A stretch of 64,000 nucleotides of DNA from the NCBI GenBank assembly GCA_964016885.1, contig OZ024743.1, positions 179,552,001 to 179,616,000 of the forward strand, in the 5' to 3' direction. Origin of the DNA: Eledone cirrhosa. Its lineage: Eukaryota. A model generated the notes under the pieces. It searched no databases. It had not been told where the DNA came from and saw nothing but the letters and a program-made list of their open reading frames with translations. The position numbers and the translations under genes were made by a program. Positions 56,762 through 64,000 of the stretch are shown here, one piece after another. The first letter of the stretch is position 1. Every line of letters begins with the position of its first letter.

Positions 56762-58447
56762 CTATCCGTTAGGGTATAACGTGGGGCTGTAATACAGGAA
56801 AGTTTTGTGCAATTTATGTTTACAAGCCGAAATTGCCTCAGATTTTTTGTTTAAGATGTGGTCTGTGGCGTAGATTATTTCCAGGGCCTCAGCGGCGCAG
56901 AGGTCACATGGTCTTTTATTTTCGTTATACGATCTAGCTAGGATCTCCCAGTGTAACTTATATTGGGTGTGGTTGTCTTTTAGACTCCAGATATAAGCTG
57001 AAAGTGACATCATATTCCTTCTTAGAGGGTAACGAAAAGAATGGGTATGTATGTAAAGACGCTGCTTGAATCTATAGGCAGTTAACCCTATGTAGGCCCT
57101 ACGGGACGTGGGTGTTACAACCTTACATTTGTAGACAATGTTACTAGAGAGGCATTTCCCGGATAGGGGGCAATCAACCCGATTCCTACAATTACAGTTA
57201 GTACTAACTACAGGGTTGCGCGTGTTCCTACGGCTAGGTAGTTTAGCTAAATTTGAAGCTGTGATGTTATGTGCAAGGTTAGGAGTCGTAGAGTAAGAAC
57301 TTTTAATAGTATTTCTATTAAAAATGTTACTATATTTATGTGTAGGGGGAAAATGCATCGTAATAAGGGAAAGAAAGATCTTAGTTAATGGTGTGGCCAC
57401 CTCCATGTTATATGGTGGGTTATACCAATAAATGCGACGGGATCTATTTCTTCTAGGTCTATTTTCGTACTCTGTATATGCTACCTTATCGACAAATCCA
57501 CTTCGAGCAAGAGCTTCATTGTAATAAGTGGAATGGTCGTTGAAAATACGCTCGTTGGTGGAAAGACGGGAGAGCCTCAACGAAACCTTTCTTACCAGGT
57601 TCTTGGTTATGCTGGCAGGATGGTTGGAATGCTTACTAATGTAATTAAGCGTATCATTCGGCTTTCTATACGGGTAATACAACCCATTTAATAAGTTGAG
57701 GGTAACGTCGAGGTAATTAACGACCGAGAGATTGGCCTCAACCTGTATAGAGAGGTTGAAGCCTTTAAAGAAGGCTGTGAGTTCTTTTCTGAACCTGTCG
57801 CAAGCACGAGGTCCGCACTTAGTCATGGTCAAAAGACCATCGTCACGGTACAAACCACCGCCCGCGTTGGGGAATTCGTCCTTGATAGAGAAAAGAAGGA
57901 AAAGGCCGATAAGATCAGTAACCTCCGCAGAATCACTGGCGCCCATACTCACGTCGAATGGGGTACTATTGGATTTTTTAATCCAAATAGTGTCGTCGAA
58001 ATTAATCACCGACTTTCGGGCATTGAGGATGACATCAACTTCGAAATCCTTAACCACTGTGAGTGTTTTAACGAAATTGATAGCTCTAAGGAGAAGTGGT
58101 AAAGTGATGGAGGAGTAGTAATTGTTGATGTCGAATTGGATAAAACGGCAATGTTCCTTATTACATATGCCGTTGAACGAATCAATCACCGCGAAGGAAT
58201 TGTTCCACAGTGCAAGAGGGGCCAAACTTCTAATTTCAGGTATAATTCTATCAAGAATCGTCTTACTAAGTCTATCTAAATCGGACTTCGTAGCGTTAAT
58301 AAGCCGAATAGAGGGGTTGTTCGGAAAATTGGATTTGTGATTATTTATTTCCGTTACTTCTGTATTGTATTTATTTACTTTGTTCTTAACTCTGTAGCGG
58401 AGATTCATTCTGCTATACCATGTCTTAACTCTGTAGCGGAGATTCAT
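56762..58447 (-). CDS. PLE reverse transcriptase + GIY-YIG endonuclease (561 aa; native N-terminus apparently missing)
   Basis: IRLIN, QFDINNYYSSI, VSMGA, LYRDDGL, YLDVTL, HP, CNC..CPL..C linker, IVYKC...YIGLT, R..H, E, LN; uninterrupted frame. Confidence 0.92.
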   Translation of the reverse strand: MNLRYRVKTWYSRMNLRYRVKNKVNKYNTEVTEINNHKSNFPNNPSIRLINATKSDLDRLSKTILDRIIPEIRSLAPLALWNNSFAVIDSFNGICNKEHCRFIQFDINNYYSSITLPLLLRAINFVKTLTVVKDFEVDVILNARKSVINFDDTIWIKKSNSTPFDVSMGASDSAEVTDLIGLFLLFSIKDEFPNAGGGLYRDDGLLTMTKCGPRACDRFRKELTAFFKGFNLSIQVEANLSVVNYLDVTLNLLNGLYYPYRKPNDTLNYISKHSNHPASITKNLVRKVSLRLSRLSTNERIFNDHSTYYNEALARSGFVDKVAYTEYENRPRRNRSRRIYWYNPPYNMEVATPLTKIFLSLITMHFPPTHKYSNIFNRNTIKSSYSTTPNLAHNITASNLAKLPSRRNTRNPVVSTNCNCRNRVDCPLSGKCLSSNIVYKCKVVTPTSRRAYIGLTAYRFKQRLYIHTHSFRYPLRRNMMSLSAYIWSLKDNHTQYKLHWEILARSYNENKRPCDLCAAEALEIIYATDHILNKKSEAISACKHKLHKTFLYYSPTLYPNG

Positions 58448-58784
58448 TCTGCTATACCATTTACGTGGTTTTGTCTTTGCGTGCTATTGTTCTCCACACT
58501 CCACATATGACGTATTATCTTCGTTTTTTTCGTTCATTGCCAGAGAACGTCTCTATGCACCACCTAAGAGAACATTAGTCTACGACCTCTTTTATACTAT
58601 AAACGTGGTTCTGTCTTTGCGCGTAATTGTTTTTCATCGCTCCTATTAATCACGTATCTTATTCGTTTTTTTCCCGTTCTTTGACAGGGAACGTTTCCAC
58701 GAACCAAAGTATCGTCTTCCTGTCTTCCTCCGGTTGCAACGGTTTTTGAAATATCCAATTCTGCGTTTACAGATTGACTTTGTT

Positions 58785-58835
58785 AGTTTCAGAAGATCCC
58801 GTTAAGGGTGAAAGCAGCGATTCTTTGCTTAAACT
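58785..58835 (+). ncRNA. Hammerhead variant with CAGAAGA core (sense copy 55778-55828, -)
   Basis: AGTTT-CAGAAGA-TCCC GTTAA GGGT-GAAAGCA GCGATTCTT TGCTT-AAACT; all three stems pair; stem I extends via ACAGATTGA/TTAATCTGT. Confidence 0.7.
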
Positions 58836-59159
58836 TTAATCTGTTATTTTAATAAATATATATATATATATATACATATATTTATATATATATACACACA
58901 TTCTGTCGTAAATCAAGATGGAATCGAAACTATACGTTATTATATCTATTATGAAACAGTGGATGGGTCATACTTTCAAATCTTGTGATTTCTGATATTT
59001 AAACTTTCTAACATAGGAAGATTTAATAGAAGAAATTGTTGGAATGTGGTGTGCCTATGATAGTCGATATCTGAAATGGTCATTGTTGTTATCGATTTTA
59101 CTGGTGTTGTTGATGTTGCCGTTGCATACGTTAACAACGACAGTGACGACGACCGCCAC

Positions 59160-59164
59160 CATGT

Positions 59165-59196
<32 letters not shown>

Positions 59197-59288
59197 GTGG
59201 TGGTGATGATGACGACGATGAGGATGATGTTGGTAGTTGTAGTAGAGTAGTTCTGGTGGTCGTGGTCGTGGTGATGAGGACGAGGATA

Positions 59289-59333
<45 letters not shown>

Positions 59334-59640
59334 CTGATGATGCTGATGATGATGATGATGCTGATGATGCTGATGATGATGATGAGGATGATGATGATGA
59401 TGACGATGATGATTATGATGTTGGTGATAATGATAAGCATGATGACGATGACAATGGTGATGAGTGTAATTGCGGTGAAGATGATGAGGATGATGTCGAT
59501 GAAGACACGACGTCGACGACGATAGATATGATGAGGATGAAGATGATGATTATAATGATGATGATTATGGTGATGGTGATGATGACGATGATGATGATAA
59601 AGATGCTGATGGTGAGGATTATGATAATGCTGATGATACC
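59160..59640. repeat. (GAT)n-rich degenerate trinucleotide tract
   Basis: Direct; source of the poly-I/S/H/M ORFs. Confidence 0.95.
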
Positions 59641-60734
59641 GATGACAACGTTTTGATAGATTGGCTTGCCACTCTTTGATCAAAGAGAATATTAACACGT
59701 GGCTAGTTGTTAAGTTAAATACTATTCCACATCAACCATCACATTTCACGTATGAGACATGTCTGCCTTTTTATGATTCATCCAATTTTCTTACAACTAT
59801 TCATTATATCGACCTCAAAGTGATGAAAATCTAGCGCAATGTTGTTAGCTTTACAACATGGTTATTTTGATTTCATACACCCAATCATTTAACTAATTCC
59901 AATAGATATTCCAAATAGATAATTTAACTAGAATTTCTTACAACCAACCAAGCAACCAAATATCTCTCTTTTACAACTTTCTCTTTGTTAAAATGAAGAA
60001 AATATTCAATGTTGCTCTTTCTTTAGAAATGATTGTTCGACATCAGCCTTGTGAATTATTTTTATTGTAACAAGTTCCAAATAAAACCAGACAATTGGAA
60101 GTATCAATATCACATGACAGTTACTGAATTATATATGGAAAAAAGAGATACCCTTCGAGATTTTCTAGAAGTAGAATGATGTGTCATAAGTGAGACAGTT
60201 TTCGTTTTTATTACTCTGTGAATCTATACGTAAATATATTTCACACACTTTAGAAAAACACTACATTTATGACTATTCTACCAAGGCGATAGTTCAAAGT
60301 ATCTTATGCCATTCCACTCACTGTATAATAAAAAATACATGGAGTTGGTGAGTTTTTAAAAATAGTTTTTATAGTTTATTTTTATGAAAAGAATGCAATT
60401 TTTGCCGAATTACCGGTTATTAATGGTTTTCAGGAAATATATTTTACTATATTAACCGAAGGGCCCTAAACTTTGAATATGTTCTTGCTGCTGTTGCTGC
60501 TGACTTCTGGCGAACGTGAGCAATTACCAACAATGATACTGCATGATTTGTTATCGCTGCTGATCTTCTTGCTGGTGTTATTGATGATGATGTGGTTATT
60601 GATGTTGTTATTCTTGATGTCGTTGCTGTTGTTATGATGTTGTTGTTGTCGATGATGTTGATGTTATTGTTGTTGCTGCTGCTTCTATTGTTGTTGCTGC
60701 TACTACCAATATTAGTACAGTTCATCAATAACAG

Positions 60735-60852
60735 TTTCTTATATAGGCACAAGGCAAGCAGTTTTGGGGGAGGGTAAATTCGATTAAATCAACCCCAGTG
60801 CATGATTGTTACTTTATTTTATCGACCCCGTAAGGATGAAAGGCAAAGTAAC
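60735..60852 (-). mobile_element. SINE 3' half
   Basis: AGGCACAAGGCAAGCA...TTTATCGACCCCGTAAGGATGAAAGGCAAAG. Confidence 0.85.
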
Positions 60853-61451
60853 ATCGACTATGGTCAGTTTCTGGTGGGGGAACCGGTTTAGTCGCCGATC
60901 ACTCTAGCCTGAAGAATGGTGGTGACGGCTGTAACGTCTTTGATCACAAGACTAACCCGCAGTTAAACAACATCACTACCAACAACAGCCCTTACTTGTG
61001 TATTCGCAGTTACTGCGTTAGGCCGGTAGCACAGCTGCTGCCGATAGTTCACGTTATTTTGCTGAGGTGGAATCCGTTCCTCATTAGTATTACACGGAGA
61101 AAACCATTGTGTTATATCCATTTATAAATGAAAGATAACTTTTAGACTCAACATATAGACATAAATGAGTACATTGCAAGTGTAAGATTCATTAGAAACC
61201 TAAACAAGACACTTGACAATTTACTACTTCAAGTCACACGTTAATTTAAATTCCAATCCTAATGCAGTCGCTTTCATCTCCATCTTTTAAATTTCAATGA
61301 ATAGACAATATTAATTTACTACACTACTTATTCAGAAGATTATGTTACAACATAATAATCTACATTATAAACTTCCATTTGTGTCATGGGGATAAAATCA
61401 TATTCTTATATCCTTCAAATGACAAAAGTACCTCCACACTCTATCCATCTC

Positions 61452-61455
<4 letters not shown>

Positions 61456-61531
<76 letters not shown>

Positions 61532-61750
61532 AAAGTTATCTATCTATCTATCTCCTCATTCTCTCTCTCACTCTCTATATATCTATTTAGCTACCTATCT
61601 ATTTATCTTTTCTATATATCTCTTTGTCTATCTATTTATCTTCTCATCATCTATCTATCCATCCATCCTTCTATCTATCTATCTATTTGTCTATTTATCT
61701 CTCCATTCTCTCTCTCTCTCTCCCCTCTTTCTCTCTCTCTCTCTCTCTCA
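61456..61750. repeat. (CT)n and (CTAT)n low-complexity tract
   Basis: Direct. Confidence 0.93.
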
Positions 61751-63053
61751 CTTTCATGCTCACTCTATATATTTCTTCACTCTATTCTCTCACCACTCTT
61801 CCGTTGATGAGATTATCATATATGGCTCTATTTATAATGTTTACTGTCTGTCAAAAGGATTAGGATTATATCAGTGTGACAGATCTCATAGTAGATAACA
61901 TAGTTTCATTCTTTCGTTCTTTGTCACTCGTGTTTAATAAGTATGTACACTGCCTCCCCCAAAATAGAAAGCCAAATAAAAGACAATAAATCATTCTGTG
62001 GCTAAATTGTACAAATATCTTTATATTTGTCATTTACAATTTTGATCAAGGAGAGTCATATATGATGTAGAGTTATATGTGCTTCGATTTCAGGTGTCGG
62101 ACAAAGTTTTTCTGCGAAAAGAGGCCGCTGTATTTAACTGACCCACTGACTCAAAATGATGCTATATTTAAATGACCCACTGACTCAAAAGGCCCGCTAT
62201 ATTTCACTGACCAACTATTTGACTGTTTTCAGTAAGCTATGGTATTTCTTAAGTCGATGGTTTGAGTTGATCATTTGAGTTGATGGTTTGAACCGAGAGT
62301 TTGGGTGAATCATTTGAGTCGTTGGTTTCAGTTAATCATCTGAGTGGATGGCTGATTCGATCATTTGAACCGATGTCTGTTACCTTTACTTACAGGGATG
62401 GTAGGATCTTTGTGTGAAAGTGAGAGGGGAATATTTTGAATAAAATCATAATTAACTAATCATCCTGTATTTTCATTTAACTGATTCGCATGTATATGCT
62501 TTTAACTGATCCTCCTGTATTTTCTTTTAACTGACTATTCTCTGATCTTACCCAAAGCCAGGAACTATAACTGTATCTTTATATATGTATTTACATTGCC
62601 ATAGATGCCTGTATATATGGTGGTGCGGTAGTGTATTTTTGCATAATAATTAAATAGATTGCCACTTATACATATTTCTGAGCTAGCATATTTTACAAAA
62701 TAGTTAATTAGATTGCCCAAATCTTAAAATTGATTATTTTCAGTGACACTAACACACATTTTTGTGCAGGCATATCAGTATCCAAATGCTTTCCAAAACA
62801 TATTAGATTCATTGAACAAAGGGAGTTATATAATATAAATTATTCATTTTCAACATAAGCCTGGCAGTACCATATCATTATATATAGCAGAACGAAATAA
62901 ATGCAAACGAAATTTTGTGCATATGATGGTCTGATTTTCAAATAGAAAATGTCTCTCTTGAAGATTTTTCACGTCTGGACTGTCATTGTCATGTACACAT
63001 TGACGTTTAGAAACCCATGCCTATCTCTCTCTCTCTCTATATATATATATATA

Positions 63054-63240
63054 ACGAAGGAAATGTGGTAAGGAACCAGGTGGACCATAACGCACCAAAG
63101 TACTCAATACTTGAGGTAGTAGAGTGGGTAATAGGAACCAGTAAGACCCCGACAGCTGAGCTCAAGCCGTTTCGACGGCTAATTCTGGACTAAATGAACA
63201 TTTATCCTGGTATTTAAATAGCCGATCTTCTCAAGGGGTA
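63054..63240 (-). mobile_element. PLE-type terminus: degenerate HHR (63146-63239) + tail hairpin (63102-63125) abutting (TA)n
   Basis: ACCCC-TTGAGAA-GATCGGCTA...TAGCCGTC-GAAACGGC TTGAGCTCA GCTGTC-GGGGT; homologous to 55350-55490; the element may continue rightwards. Confidence 0.65.
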
Positions 63241-64000
63241 ATTCCATATATGGTCAAAGTGATTGTCAAAAATCAGTAGTAATTCTGTGGTTGCAAATTA
63301 GTAGGGGAGATGGTGGCTAAACCTGCCAGTAGGAGAAAGAGGGGAGGGGGTGGAGTAGACCCAATCAAGCGTTGGTAGTGCCAGCTACAGCTGGGCATGA
63401 GGTCAAAGAAGATACAGGGGAGGGGGAGGGGGAGGAAGTCGGAACGGTAGGTAGAACAATGGGGGGTAGAAATAGGAAAGAAAAAATACTGAGAGTGAAG
63501 AAAAGCAAATAAGTGTAAAGAAAAAAGTAAAGTAAATTAAATTCTACGACCTAGGTGTCAGGCTATTGTTAGGCGAGAATAAAATAAAGAAAGAAAGAAA
63601 GAAGTAAATAAATAAATAAAGAAAGAAATAAAGAAATAAGTAAGAGAACTAGGTGGGACGGATAAGGCAAGGACCCTTTTAAGAGGTATAAGTACGTAAA
63701 TGATACGGTGACGGGTCAACAAAAGGGGCCAAAATACTAAAGAGACTACCACGAAATAGACAATAAAGGTTTCCATCCCGGGCCAGCAACGACCCAGTGC
63801 AGCAAAGTGAACTTGTACGAGATAATAATTCTGAGTCCCGAGAAAAATATATACTAATGCTAACTCTAAAAGATCTAAAACAAGCTACATCAAAGTTCGT
63901 ACGAAATAAAGGTAGAATACGGAGAAATAAATTCAGAATCCACCCCGCCCAGAAGAAAAGCGAAGCAAGAAATACTGAAACGAAAAAATAAGGCATAAGT

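Larger units (their letters stand above)
55680..58858 (-). mobile_element. Penelope-like retroelement with inverted pseudo-LTRs (~55753-56265 / 58341-58858)
   Basis: Inverted arms seen directly, enclosing an RT + GIY-YIG ORF; HHR variant in each arm; (TA)n on the right. Confidence 0.93.

Noticed and set aside
63679-63996. ORFs at the window end
   Set aside because: No recognisable motifs; cut by the window edge.

Overview
AT-rich, microsatellite-laden eukaryotic DNA with no convincing host protein-coding gene. The repeat content (a tRNA-headed SINE family, abundant (TA)n) suggests a cephalopod/octopus-type genome; this is inference. It holds a full-length but frameshifted Tx1/L1-type LINE in a (GATA)n tract (13.0-18.5 kb, -), a Penelope-like element (PLE) with a 561-aa RT + GIY-YIG ORF between inverted repeats (55.7-58.9 kb), a second decayed PLE, CR1-, RTE- and R4-like fragments, about 20 SINE copies, two non-autonomous Helitron-like elements and several minisatellites. 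The most striking signal is about a dozen mostly non-coding, usually fold-back elements from several sequence families, sitting in or beside (TA)n. They share one layout: a type I hammerhead ribozyme (HHR) motif, then a short hairpin RYTC-loop-GARY with compensatory base changes, then (TA)n. In 8 elements with two arms and a recognisable hairpin, the inverted arm stops about 2-8 nt before that hairpin. All structures were paired by eye; no folding or database search was run.
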